NCBI GenBank assembly: GCA_031291905.1
Contig: JARLIC010000137.1
Span: forward strand, 1-49,761
DNA length: 49,761 bases
From: Minisyncoccota bacterium
GTDB lineage: Bacteria > Patescibacteriota > Minisyncoccia > UBA6257 > 2-01-FULL-56-20
Reading direction: 5' to 3'
Part shown: one piece after another, positions 38,484 to 48,377 of the stretch
Numbering within the stretch: the stretch's first letter is position 1
Layout of the letters: the number at the start of each line of letters is the position of its first letter
Notes under the pieces: generated by a model
What the model saw: the letters and a program-made list of their open reading frames with translations, nothing else
Database searches by the model: none
What the model was told of the DNA's origin: nothing
Program-made: the position numbers and the translations under genes

Positions 38484-39368
38484 TTACTCAATCCCAGCGA
38501 ACATCGGCATCGTGGTTTTCTCGTCACGCAGTTTGATCGCCCGCTCGCAATTCTTGATCGCCGTCGCGTGGTATTCATCCTTGATTTCGCATCCATATGC
38601 ACGGCGGCCGAGTTTGAGGGCGGTGTAACCAGTCGATCCAATTCCCATGAAAGGGTCGAATACGATTTCCCCAGGATTGGAATAGAGTCGCACCAGTCTT
38701 TCAATCATATCGAGCTGCATGGCGCAAATATGACGGGTGTCTTCCTCGCTCTTGGCTTCCAAGGTATTGAGGGTTTCAGTCTCCCGGATTCCAGTCCAAC
38801 AACATTCGGCCCATTCAATCCATTGATTGCGGCTGACTTGTCCTTCGCCTTGAATCGGAACAGCATTTGGGCCGGGCTTGCGAAATTTCAGCAAGTAATC
38901 AGGCAACGCCCCTCGTGACCCCGACCTGTCGCTCTCCAGCCCGGCGAATTGCAAGGACCGAGACCTGGTGCGAATAGCTTGACTCTGGGGGTTGCGCCTT
39001 ACACACCAGTCGTAGTCAAAGATCCACCCAGATCGAATTGCGATCCGGATCAGAAACCCACGGAAGTCAAAAACCCCCTCGCCACCAGAACGCTTCATGT
39101 TCTGTATTTGGTTGCAATGCATCATCATAACGCGACCGGGCTTCAAGACCCTTAATAGGCCCTTGAACATATAGGACAAGTGAATCTTGGCCTCAGCCGG
39201 GTTCTCTGTATTCCCAAGGTCTTCCGCGAGAGACGTGTAGGAATAGACTGAAAAGAATGGCGGAGACGTAACGATTGCGTCAACGCTATCCGGCCCCATT
39301 TCGGCCGCCATGTGCTGAATGGTGTCACCGTGATTAATCCTAAAGCTCTCTGAGTCATTGATCAGCAA
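38484..39368 (-). CDS. DNA methyltransferase (N4-C/N6-A, beta-class order)
   Basis: VTSPPF (motif IV) N-terminal; DPFMGIGSTG (motif I) C-terminal; TTG start at 39368 after AGGAGG. Confidence 0.9.
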   Translation of the reverse strand: MLINDSESFRINHGDTIQHMAAEMGPDSVDAIVTSPPFFSVYSYTSLAEDLGNTENPAEAKIHLSYMFKGLLRVLKPGRVMMMHCNQIQNMKRSGGEGVFDFRGFLIRIAIRSGWIFDYDWCVRRNPQSQAIRTRSRSLQFAGLESDRSGSRGALPDYLLKFRKPGPNAVPIQGEGQVSRNQWIEWAECCWTGIRETETLNTLEAKSEEDTRHICAMQLDMIERLVRLYSNPGEIVFDPFMGIGSTGYTALKLGRRAYGCEIKDEYHATAIKNCERAIKLRDEKTTMPMFAGIE

Positions 39369-39369
39369 G

Positions 39370-39927
39370 TCATGCCTCCTTTGGAATGAGCCGCCCTCGG
39401 TCATCGATTTTCCTGTGCGCGTAGTCGTCTCGTTTGTGCTCTGCATTTGTTTTATACAATTTCAGGTTTTCGATTCGGTTGTCCTGGGTATTCTCGTTTA
39501 TATGGTGAACGACTTCGTCGGGCAGAAGTTGACGACCAATTGATTTCTCCATGACAAGGCGGTGCTCTAATACATATCCGTTTCGCCTTGATGTCCCATC
39601 GTAATCCCGATATCTCACAAGAACATAGCCATCCTTGTCTATCGTTCTTCCTCCTTTCCAGTTTGGATGTCGCTCGCCACGGCGACCAATTCCGGCACAC
39701 GTTCGCCCGCAATACTCCAGTGTACTAAGGCCAGATTCAACGCTAGAAGGAGCCACCCATCTCTCGACATGCTTTCCGCAAATGCGACAATCGTATATTG
39801 CATTAGGAGTCAGGACCCTGTTCTTGTTATGCCAATCAGTCTTGCATTGCGTGCAACAAAACTTCTTTCGTCCCGAATCAGCATTGCACTGCTTGCATAC
39901 TTTTTGCTGATCATCACGCAGCAGCAA
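39370..39927 (-). CDS. HNH endonuclease with Zn fingers
   Basis: HPNWKGG...EHRLVME..IGRQL...EVVHHINE...DNRIENL. Confidence 0.85.
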   Translation of the reverse strand: MLLRDDQQKVCKQCNADSGRKKFCCTQCKTDWHNKNRVLTPNAIYDCRICGKHVERWVAPSSVESGLSTLEYCGRTCAGIGRRGERHPNWKGGRTIDKDGYVLVRYRDYDGTSRRNGYVLEHRLVMEKSIGRQLLPDEVVHHINENTQDNRIENLKLYKTNAEHKRDDYAHRKIDDRGRLIPKEA

Positions 39928-41380
39928 GAGCCATCTCCTTAAAAAGTCGTTCTTGGATCAACGTGTCTTCCTCAACCCGATGGGCTTTACGGAGCACATT
40001 TTCCATCATCTGCCGCTCAGCCTCAGTGACCGGTAGATGCACATTTAGGGGGCGAGTCGAGCCAACGCGATTGGATCGCATGACGGCTTGGAAATACTCC
40101 TCGTAGCTGTCGTGGCACGAAGAGAAAACCTGCCTTGTGCAAACCTGCATATTTAGGCCGAAGCCAAGGATCTTCGCTTTCGTGAGAATCGTCTTAATGG
40201 ACCCGGCCTGAAATCCGGCGATAATCCGCTCTCGCTCGTGATCCGGAGTATCCCCGGAGATCGACGCAGCCCACGGCATTTCCGCTTTCAAGCGATCTTG
40301 CTCATCATTGAACCGACACCAAACCAGAGTCGATTCATCTGGCCAAGATTCGATCAACTCCCGAATGAACGCGGGCTTGTTCGAGTCTCCACCTTTAGCG
40401 ATTCGAGCCAGTTTCGACCGATCGCCAATCCCGCCAACGTGGTTTGAGAACAGGGTTCCGGTCAGCTTTCTGACCTGATCATTCTGTGCGTCGGTCATGT
40501 CGACATCGTGGATATGGACCTCGATCGGCGGGATCGTTCCGCAGTTGTCCTTCCATCCGTACGTCGCCGGGCTCGACATGAAGATCGACCAGTGCGACAA
40601 CGCCTTATAGAACGCTCCGGCCGCGTGGGCTTTCATCTCCCACCGTTCTTGGGTCTGGCCTCGGTTGATGAAGAACTTCGCCAGGAACGAGTTGATCGTT
40701 GGAAAGGCGTCGAGGAATACCGCGTGATTGGCGAACTCGATACGATCGTTGGGAGCAGGAGTCCCGGTTAGGCACAATTTCCAATCGAGACCCTTGCCGA
40801 GCCGGATAACTTCTTGGCCCCACTTGCCATAGTGAGATTTCAAGAGGGATGATTCATCGGCGATCAACGCGCCGAGTCGACCTCGCGGAACGTCCGGCTT
40901 CAACCCCTCGTAATTGGTAATGCCGACGCCTGATCCATTGACGGTCCAATCAGCCAGTTCAGAAGCTCGAATGCGTTGGATCGGCAGTGATCCGCCGTAG
41001 AACCGAGACGCCTCTTCGATCGTTTGCTTGATGACCATCGGGGGCGAGAGCATCAGCACGTTTCGCGTTATTCCAAGTTGCTGAGATGCATGGCGAGCGA
41101 ACTCGGTTCCGATCAGGGTCTTCCCCATCCCAGGTCGAACGAACGCCGCGAACTTCTTCCGCTTGATCGCCAGCCGGGCGATGTCTCGCTGGTAGTCGAA
41201 CAATCCATCTATCGGCATGTATTCGGCGTCGTTCGTCGATTCAGTCGACAACCCAAGCCGACCCGCGTACTCGTCAGGGAACCACGCGGTTCGGCCTTGG
41301 AAGCAATACCGGGGAAGGCTCTTTATCTTCAGGAATTGCGAATACGATTCGATGCTGTCGAGATCGAGTTTAATGATCAC
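39914..41380 (-). CDS. SNF2-like superfamily 2 helicase
   Basis: PGMGKT, IADESS, LTGTPAPN, GFGLNMQ, QAVMRSNRVG; GTG start at 41380 coupled to the upstream ORF. Confidence 0.85.
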   Translation of the reverse strand: MIIKLDLDSIESYSQFLKIKSLPRYCFQGRTAWFPDEYAGRLGLSTESTNDAEYMPIDGLFDYQRDIARLAIKRKKFAAFVRPGMGKTLIGTEFARHASQQLGITRNVLMLSPPMVIKQTIEEASRFYGGSLPIQRIRASELADWTVNGSGVGITNYEGLKPDVPRGRLGALIADESSLLKSHYGKWGQEVIRLGKGLDWKLCLTGTPAPNDRIEFANHAVFLDAFPTINSFLAKFFINRGQTQERWEMKAHAAGAFYKALSHWSIFMSSPATYGWKDNCGTIPPIEVHIHDVDMTDAQNDQVRKLTGTLFSNHVGGIGDRSKLARIAKGGDSNKPAFIRELIESWPDESTLVWCRFNDEQDRLKAEMPWAASISGDTPDHERERIIAGFQAGSIKTILTKAKILGFGLNMQVCTRQVFSSCHDSYEEYFQAVMRSNRVGSTRPLNVHLPVTEAERQMMENVLRKAHRVEEDTLIQERLFKEMALAAA

Positions 41381-41580
41381 GGATTCGGTTTCTCCGTTGC
41401 CATGAGATTGCCGCAAGGAATACACACTACGACCCCGGCGATGAGAACCCCATGATTCCGAGGCTTCCCACGCGACACGATGACGATCTTTCCGACCGCA
41501 TCGTGATACGGCATGTACTTGGCGCGGGAGGCTCGGTATCGGACGCGGCATGGTTGATTAAGACGCGGGTTGGCCATCAT
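41377..41580 (-). CDS. Hypothetical protein
   Basis: Coupled between csrA and the helicase. Confidence 0.65.
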   Translation of the reverse strand: MMANPRLNQPCRVRYRASRAKYMPYHDAVGKIVIVSRGKPRNHGVLIAGVVVCIPCGNLMATEKPNP

Positions 41581-41759
41581 TCCAGAGTCCTCCTCGCCGC
41601 CTTCTTCGCCTCATGCAACTCTTCGCGATCCACGACGACAGCCCTGTCGGCCTGGACGCCCAGCCTGACGACGCCCTTCTTGATCTCGACCACCGTCACG
41701 ATGATGCGACCCCCGTCGATGACGATGGCTTCGTTTTCATGTCGGCTGAGAACTAACAC
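41577..41759 (-). CDS. csrA: Carbon storage regulator CsrA/RsmA homolog
   Basis: MLVLSRHENEAIVID...VTVVEI..GVVRLGVQA....VDREEL. Confidence 0.92.
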   Translation of the reverse strand: MLVLSRHENEAIVIDGGRIIVTVVEIKKGVVRLGVQADRAVVVDREELHEAKKAARRTLE

Positions 41760-41800
41760 GGTATCCTCCTTGCTAGACTGTTCGTTCCATTCCCGCGATC

Positions 41801-41829
41801 ATTATACAGGGCGAAGTTCTGCACCGCAA
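41801..41829 (-). promoter_or_regulatory. Promoter for csrA-helicase-MTase
   Basis: TTGCGG-17 bp-TATAAT with TG before the -10 on the - strand; GGA-rich leader. Confidence 0.8.
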
Positions 41830-41856
41830 GATGAATCTCTTGCTATTTGCCTCCGG

Positions 41857-42345
41857 TTAATCCTTTGGGTTGAAGCTGCGGCGGAACAGGTAATGGCCGT
41901 ACGGCTCGCCGCGAAGGACTTCGACGGCCTTCACGTCGCACTTCTTGAGAAACTCCTGCGTGCCCCGGTCGCGTTCGTCAACGACGATTTCCATCGCGGA
42001 TCGAACCTCGTCGAGAAACTGAAAATCGAGGTAATCCAAGAGCATGCGGCCGACCCCGATCCGCCTGTAGTCCGGGCTGACGAGGATGTCCGTCACGTGG
42101 ACCTTGGTCATCCCGCGAGCCAGGACGACGAAGGCGATCACTCGGTCTTCGTTGTTGTAAACCACGGCGGCACGGATGTTGGCCGCACGAATTTTCGTGC
42201 GCCACGTATCCAGCGACCATGGGTCTTGGCTGCAAAGTTGGTCGAGATTGGCGATCTGGCTGAGCTGGCCATGATTGCCTGCTTTAACCTCCTCGACCAC
42301 CATGCCGAACAGCTTGCTTTTTACGCCCTTGGCTTTCGTCTTCAT
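41857..42345 (-). CDS. Second RimI-like GNAT acetyltransferase
   Basis: DPWS...VTDILVSPDYRRIGVGRMLL...VDERD.GTQEFL. Confidence 0.8.
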   Translation of the reverse strand: MKTKAKGVKSKLFGMVVEEVKAGNHGQLSQIANLDQLCSQDPWSLDTWRTKIRAANIRAAVVYNNEDRVIAFVVLARGMTKVHVTDILVSPDYRRIGVGRMLLDYLDFQFLDEVRSAMEIVVDERDRGTQEFLKKCDVKAVEVLRGEPYGHYLFRRSFNPKD

Positions 42346-42359
42346 CGTCGGCTCCTTGA

Positions 42360-42914
42360 TTAGACACCTTGTTTGGCACGGAATAAAAGCAAGAAAAGCG
42401 CATCTGAGGCGTCAGAGCCTTTGTCCCAGTTCGGCTGAGCGGCGACCTTCGCGGCGTACTCAGTAACCTGGGTCTTCACCCACTCGCAGCGAGTCTGTTT
42501 CTTGACGTTGCGGCCTCGTAGCTTGGTCGCTTCACGGACGGGAACCCTGTCGACCTTGAAGTCTTTCAGGTGGTTCCACAAGGCTCCCTGTGCCTGTCCC
42601 AGTACGGCTAATCCCTGGACCCTCATCGACCCGGAACGATGATCTTGCCATTCAAATACGACGTGGCTGACCTTGTGGAAGGCGATCAATCGGTCGATCT
42701 CATCGGCCATAAACCCGACCTTGCGATCAAACGACCACGATGACGGGGGCCGTGCGACGCCGAAGCTGTGAATCTTGACGCCAGATGCTTCGATCTCGCC
42801 GACAGCGATGCCGGTTGCTGAGCTAGAGACGTCCAGAGCGAGCAATACCGCTCCGATGGGCAGGGGAGGGTAGACGACGGGGGGCTTCTTCGGCTTGGGC
42901 GTCTTAGTGGTCAT
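42360..42914 (-). CDS. RuvC-like Holliday junction resolvase
   Basis: LALDVSSSATG, VVFE, DASDAL acidic triad. Confidence 0.75.
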   Translation of the reverse strand: MTTKTPKPKKPPVVYPPLPIGAVLLALDVSSSATGIAVGEIEASGVKIHSFGVARPPSSWSFDRKVGFMADEIDRLIAFHKVSHVVFEWQDHRSGSMRVQGLAVLGQAQGALWNHLKDFKVDRVPVREATKLRGRNVKKQTRCEWVKTQVTEYAAKVAAQPNWDKGSDASDALFLLLFRAKQGV

Positions 42915-43639
42915 TAAGGAGTAACCTTGTCTTTTGAAGCCTCAAACATGGTTGGCTTCATGGATTTCCTATTCGTCACCCTAGAAGGCGTTGTTATGGC
43001 GAGTTCTGGGTCCATTCCTTGGCCAAGCCTGAACTCCAGGCCGCCACGGCCCGTCTTGCATCTTTCATCCTCAAGCCATTCTGCCATGATTTTGGTTTCC
43101 CCGAAGGCGGTGATCCGACGGTGGGTTCCCCTGTTTCGGTTTTGCTCTTTTTGTGTCACCCATCTGCAATTTCCCGGCTCGTAGTTTCCGTCGTTGTCAA
43201 CGCGGTCCAGAGTCAATTCTTCAGTGTATCCGTTTGCCAAGGCCCATTCTCGAAAAGCTACGTAGCTTTTCGCCCATTCATCGCACATCCGAATCCCTCG
43301 CCCCCCGTACCTATGATATTCAACTTCATTAGGGTTTCTGAGTCGAGCTAAAGCGTCCCTGTAGACCACATATATTCGACGGTTTGGCGTTCCACGCTTC
43401 GAGTCTCCGTGGTGCGCAGTCCGCCTTTCGGCCGTGCATGTGTAGCATCGTTGGCATTTCCCAGTTCTGAGCTTACTGTGTATGACTCTTGCTTCGCGTC
43501 CGCATTTACACCTGCACAGGACCAACATATCGCCTCGGATCGCGTCTTCCAGTAAAACGCGGTCTCCGTATTGAGTGCCAGCGGGAGCAAATTTCATCTT
43601 CGGTCCCCCGCGATGGCTACTACGATTGCTATCTGTCAT
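42914..43639 (-). CDS. HNH homing endonuclease-like protein
   Basis: CRCKCG; YGGRGI; LTLDRVDNDGNYEPGNCRW; paralog of 15555. Confidence 0.85.
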   Translation of the reverse strand: MTDSNRSSHRGGPKMKFAPAGTQYGDRVLLEDAIRGDMLVLCRCKCGREARVIHSKLRTGKCQRCYTCTAERRTAHHGDSKRGTPNRRIYVVYRDALARLRNPNEVEYHRYGGRGIRMCDEWAKSYVAFREWALANGYTEELTLDRVDNDGNYEPGNCRWVTQKEQNRNRGTHRRITAFGETKIMAEWLEDERCKTGRGGLEFRLGQGMDPELAITTPSRVTNRKSMKPTMFEASKDKVTP

Positions 43640-45057
43640 CAGAATGGCCTCGAATCAAAGCTGTCAAAGTCTTCCAACGTTGGGTCGGGCTCTTCTTGAG
43701 ACCTACCCGGCGTTGCCGTGCAATCGAACGTGTTGTATCGCTTGTCGTACCACAGCGATACTCGGCCTCTCGGGCCACCGCGATGCTTGGCGACGATTGC
43801 CGTGACTTCGCCTTGCTTGTCGGCTTCGTCCATCTTCGAGTGGAGAAGGATGACCACGTCGGCGTCTTGCTCCACGCTTCCCGACTCTCTCAAGTCGTGA
43901 AGCTTCGGCTCTCGGTTCTCTTTGGCCGACTCGCGGTTGAGCTGGTGAAGGACGAGCACGGGTATCTTGAGTTCCCTGGCCAGCATTTTCATGCCGCGAG
44001 ACAAGCGTCCGACGACTTGCGTGCGGTTTTCGTTGTTGCCGTGCTCCTCGCTGATCAAGGCCATGTAATCGACGACAACGAGATCTAGGGCGTCCTTCTG
44101 CTTAATGCGGCGGGCGCAGGCCGCGATATCCATCATCGTTTGGTTCGGTGCGTCGCTGACATGGAGCCTCGCCTTCGCCATGATCGATGCCGCTTTGGCG
44201 ACAGCGGCACATTCTTGGCTGTTGAACTCGTCGTTGTCCGTCAGTCTCCGCGAATCAATCTTGGCCAGAGCCGAGGTCCAGCGATGACCAAGTTCGTCGC
44301 CTCCCATTTCGAGGCTCACGAACAGAGTCGAGTTCTTGTTGATGGCGGCGTGCTGAGCAATCCGAAGTGCGAGAGCCGTCTTGCCTTCCCCGGTTCGAGC
44401 GGCTAAGACGTACATCTTTTCCGCCATAAGTCCTTTGATCAGACGATCAAGGTCTACAATGCCTGTGGGAATACCGTGAAACTCGCCTCCCTTCGCGAGT
44501 GCGATATTGTCCATCATGTCTTTCATGACGACGTCGATTGGCACCGCAGATCCGACCGCGCGATCATCAGCTATTCCCTGGATTGACCTTTCGGCCTCTT
44601 CCTGTAGCTGCTTCGACGTATATAGGTTCGAGTAGCCTTTGTCGATGATGTCGGTGCACGACTGAATCAGTCTGCGCGTCACTGATTTTTGTTTTAAAAT
44701 ATCGGCGTGGTGGCGGGCGTTGGCGGCGTGAGGGACACTGTTGGCGATCTCGGTAAGCAGGTTGTCGCCGCCGATCTGCTTGTACTGGCCGCGCAACGTC
44801 AGTTCATCGGCGAGGGTCACTGCATCGACTGCCTTGCCCTCGTCGTGCATGTCGCGGATGGCGCGATAGACGACCTGATGCGCGTCGCGATAAAAGTCGT
44901 CGGCCCTTCTTATGATCGAAGCAACCTCATCGATCGCCCTATTGTCCAGAAGCATGGCCCCGAGGACGCTTCTCTCCGCGTCGAGATTCTGGGGAGGCAG
45001 TCGGTCACTGAGTCCGGAACGATCCCCGCGAACAGCACTAGGTGAATCGGAAAACAT
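43639..45057 (-). CDS. dnaB: Replicative DNA helicase DnaB
   Basis: PPQNLDAERSVLGAMLL; AARTGEGKT; SLEM; VVDYM; QLNRE; DLRESGSVEQDAD; AKHRGGP. Confidence 0.95.
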   Translation of the reverse strand: MFSDSPSAVRGDRSGLSDRLPPQNLDAERSVLGAMLLDNRAIDEVASIIRRADDFYRDAHQVVYRAIRDMHDEGKAVDAVTLADELTLRGQYKQIGGDNLLTEIANSVPHAANARHHADILKQKSVTRRLIQSCTDIIDKGYSNLYTSKQLQEEAERSIQGIADDRAVGSAVPIDVVMKDMMDNIALAKGGEFHGIPTGIVDLDRLIKGLMAEKMYVLAARTGEGKTALALRIAQHAAINKNSTLFVSLEMGGDELGHRWTSALAKIDSRRLTDNDEFNSQECAAVAKAASIMAKARLHVSDAPNQTMMDIAACARRIKQKDALDLVVVDYMALISEEHGNNENRTQVVGRLSRGMKMLARELKIPVLVLHQLNRESAKENREPKLHDLRESGSVEQDADVVILLHSKMDEADKQGEVTAIVAKHRGGPRGRVSLWYDKRYNTFDCTATPGRSQEEPDPTLEDFDSFDSRPF

Positions 45058-45067
45058 GCAATTCTAC

Positions 45068-45589
45068 TCACTTGGCGCCGCCCTTGATCTTATTGTACAT
45101 GCGGAGGAAGACAGGGTCTTGGTCTCCGACGTCATCGATGGTCGTCGTCTTGCCCTTGTCGATCCAGAACTGACGAACTGTCTCCGTGGTCTGAATGTCT
45201 CCTTGGATTTTGGCGGCCTTGTTCGCCTCTGCCAACTTCTTCGCCATGCGTTCCGTCGGCGTGCCTTCTTTCTGAAACGTGTGGGCCATCGCGATGACGT
45301 ATCTCAAATGGCTCATATTAGGCTTTGTGATCCACGTTTCTTCGATCGCCTCACGCCACCAATCGACCGAGAAAAGCCGGTTGTACCTGATGACTTCATA
45401 GCAAACCCTCTGGTTGCCCCATCGCTTCCAAACGAGCGACCAGAGGCAATGAAGGTCGTGATTCGAGTGTTGATGCGGGCCTGGAAACGGAGCTAGGTCT
45501 AGGCCGCTTTCGTCGAAGAACTCGGGCTCGTCATGAGCCGGCTCGACGTTCCAGATTTGCAGGATTTCTTCTTTGCGAACTGCGGACAT
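45068..45589 (-). CDS. Hypothetical protein, possible replication initiator/loader
   Basis: Position immediately upstream of dnaB; the function is inferred only. Confidence 0.5.
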   Translation of the reverse strand: MSAVRKEEILQIWNVEPAHDEPEFFDESGLDLAPFPGPHQHSNHDLHCLWSLVWKRWGNQRVCYEVIRYNRLFSVDWWREAIEETWITKPNMSHLRYVIAMAHTFQKEGTPTERMAKKLAEANKAAKIQGDIQTTETVRQFWIDKGKTTTIDDVGDQDPVFLRMYNKIKGGAK

Positions 45590-45660
45590 TCAAAAGCGCC
45601 CCCTTGGCCTCGCAGTGAGCAAGGCTTGCTGATGTTTCGGGCTGGGGATTCGGCGGGATT

Positions 45661-45945
45661 TCAGAGACCAGACGGCTTGCTGATCAGTTCATAGATCGAG
45701 TTGCCGTCGCTCTGTTCTTCGCACTTGATCACGCACCCGGCCTTGCGGAGATCGCTGATTCGGCTGGTGTACTTGGCGGCAATCGCCGCGATGTCACGGA
45801 GCCGTGCGGGGCCTTCGCTGAGAAGATCGAGGATGCGTCGATTCTGGCCCGACAAACGGCGTCGGGCGTGGATTGCTACGTTGGGATCGGTTGCGGGCAG
45901 GTGCTCAAGGATGTCGAAAAGGGGAGTTGCGGAGGAGCGTTTCAT
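45661..45945 (-). CDS. Winged-HTH protein
   Basis: RILDLLSEGP...YTSRISDLRKAGCVI. Confidence 0.7.
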   Translation of the reverse strand: MKRSSATPLFDILEHLPATDPNVAIHARRRLSGQNRRILDLLSEGPARLRDIAAIAAKYTSRISDLRKAGCVIKCEEQSDGNSIYELISKPSGL

Positions 45946-47412
45946 GCGTCCTCCGCGTCAGGCATTCGGCCCTTGATCAGGCGGTAGACTTCCAGTTCAT
46001 CGCACGATTTTTGGAAGGCGACGACGATCACTCGATCGTGCTGCTTAACCTTCTCGTACCGAGCTTTTGTATGGTTCGGCTTCAGGAACACGGTCTTTTC
46101 GTCAGGGAACGTGAACCACTCGACCAGCATCGATTGGAAGTCATGGTCTAACTGATCGTGGTCGAAGTACTCGTGATCGGGAGCATCGACGTACAGTTTT
46201 TCAATCACCGCGTAGTGGGCGGCTGGGTTTTCCGAGGCGTGAACATAGGCTTCGGGAACAGCGAATTCCTTGAACCCATTCTTGCTGAGTTCGGCGATCA
46301 GCTCGCGTGCTCGCTTGGAAATATCGCTCATGCATCCCCCACTAAACTGCAATGATCTGGCACAGAGCAAAAGAAGCCGCCAGGAAAGAAATCGCACGCG
46401 ACACGAACGTACCACTCGTATTCACCCACAGGCGGATTAGCCACCACGAAGATGTCGCCGTCTTTGATCTCGCGCCCTACGCCGTCTTCGATGACGTAGC
46501 AATGCGAGCCTTCAGGAACGTGGAAGACGACGCGGTCGCCGGTCTTGATTGTCTTGAGGTCGATCATGATTCCTCCCTTCCGTCCGAGTCCCCGTATCGC
46601 TCGCGAACCTCGTCATTCCAGCAATCGCCGCATAAGTATTTGCCTTTATGGTTAATGATCCATCCGCACCCGAAGTAGTAGCTCATGAAGTCAGACCTTT
46701 TCTTCATGCTTGTCGTGGATTCGATCGCTCGACAGCACGCCTTGCCGTCGCATTTGACCTCCCATCTGGAAACCGTTACCAGAGGCATCATGAACCACCC
46801 TTCTCTGCCCGCTCCCTCGCCGCAAAACCGCACCGACACCCGAACCACATATTCGGGCCTCGCATGTCGCAAGTGCATGACTTAGGTGTTTCGACTGGCT
46901 CTTCACCGAGGTCCGCCATGCGAAGCAGGCTCTTATCGATCAAGAATGCTCCACTTGGAGCCTTCTCGTGAGCCACCCGGACACACTGATCCACCCAGTC
47001 GACGGCAGGCTTGGCGAGGGCGAAGGCGCTCCCGGCCGGAACATCGAACCAGTCGCCGTTGGCTGGACAAAACGTGTCGGCGTACAGCGTGACGACGCGA
47101 TCGCCAGGCTTGAGTTTGTCTAGTTCAACCACTGTTTCTCCTCCCCCCTCGCACCCCGAGGGGATTGACGTTACGCTACGCCTTGATGTCGAAGTCAAAC
47201 GGGCTCTCGTCAGCGGCCGATTTCGTTTGCCTCTTGAGTATTTCGGCATACTCGCGGGGCGTCCTCACGTAAGGCGTCTTGCCTGCGTAGATCGTGGAAG
47301 CGACGACTCCAAGGCATTCGTCGTCCACTAGGCTCTCGGCGTAGCGGCTCCCACCAACGATCACCGTCCAGCCTTTGCCGGCTTCCTTGATGATCACGAT
47401 CGTGTCATTCAT
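45942..47412 (-). CDS. Hypothetical proteins (45942..46331, 46328..46567, 46564..46791, 46788..47132, 47176..47412)
   Basis: Coupled ORFs; 46328 and 46788 share L...K.GDRVV. Confidence 0.7.
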
Positions 47413-47454
47413 CGCCTTCTCCTTCCCCCTCGCACCCCGAGGGGATTGACGTTA
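47136..47454 (-). repeat. 38-bp direct repeat (47136-47173, 47417-47454) flanking gene 47176..47412
   Basis: - strand TAACGTCAATCCCCTCGGGGTGCGAGGGGGRAGGAGAA: a hairpin plus RBS. Confidence 0.9.
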
Positions 47455-47465
47455 GAAACGGGCGA

Positions 47466-48374
47466 TCAACCCCGCGACCCCGGCTCATCCGGGAACTCTT
47501 CCTGAACCAACGGCTTCACCGGCTGCTTGACCTGATTCGCGGCGGCCTGTTTGGCTTTGACATCCGCAAGCGTAGCGTTGAGGTTCTGAGCTTTGACGCT
47601 GACGACGACTTGCACGGGGAAGATGTCGTACAACTGAGCTTCGCCATTCTCGATAGACTGATTCCATCCGATCATAGTGATGACGTGCTCCTCCGTGATC
47701 TCCTCGCGTCCGTTCACTCCAAGGGCCTGATAGACGTGCTCGGCGGGGATCGCCTTGCCTCGCCAGAAGTCAAGCCATTCGCCTCGCTCCACGTCGATAG
47801 CCTTGAGGCTTCCCTTGATGACCTGGCGAACTTGCTCGTACGCTCCGTCCCAGAAAGCTCGCGGGACGACCTTGAAGATCGCATTGCGAGTCGCCTTGGA
47901 GATCGCCGCGTTCGCCGTCATGTTGATCATGTCGGCGTTGTACTTCTTGCCGTACTTGTCGATGATTCCGACGCGAAGTTCAACAGCCACGCGATTGTTC
48001 CGCTGGAGGTCGATGCACTCGCCCATCACGACCACGACCTTGTCGTCTTCGTCGATCACGCGGCCCTGAACGCTGATATTGCCCCAGCATGAGGCCAGGA
48101 TTTCAGCGAACCGAGCGGACGGCCCTTCGATCGTCTTGCCCCCGCGAGGCAGGGCGTAGATGCAAGACTTCGCGATCTCTTTGGTCAATCCAGCCATCGT
48201 CTTGACCTCGTCGACCGCCCTCCGCAGGTTGCGAGGGAACGCCCGAGCCGTCGCGATCTGACTGTCGATCGTGGCCTTGACCAACGCATATGAAGCGTTC
48301 GGCGTCGATACTTCGATGGACGATTCGTTTTCCATGATCTCGCCGCCGCGACCTTCGTACGAAACAATCGACAT
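47466..48374 (-). CDS. Putative single-strand annealing/recombination protein
   Basis: IATARAFPRN...YALPRGGKTIEGPSARFAE...WGNI; adjacent to the YqaJ exonuclease. Confidence 0.55.
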   Translation of the reverse strand: MSIVSYEGRGGEIMENESSIEVSTPNASYALVKATIDSQIATARAFPRNLRRAVDEVKTMAGLTKEIAKSCIYALPRGGKTIEGPSARFAEILASCWGNISVQGRVIDEDDKVVVVMGECIDLQRNNRVAVELRVGIIDKYGKKYNADMINMTANAAISKATRNAIFKVVPRAFWDGAYEQVRQVIKGSLKAIDVERGEWLDFWRGKAIPAEHVYQALGVNGREEITEEHVITMIGWNQSIENGEAQLYDIFPVQVVVSVKAQNLNATLADVKAKQAAANQVKQPVKPLVQEEFPDEPGSRG

Positions 48375-48377
48375 CTG

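Noticed and set aside
39914-45057. Inteins or introns in DnaB or the helicase
   Set aside because: Protein lengths are normal, motifs are contiguous, and the HNH genes lie between rather than within genes.
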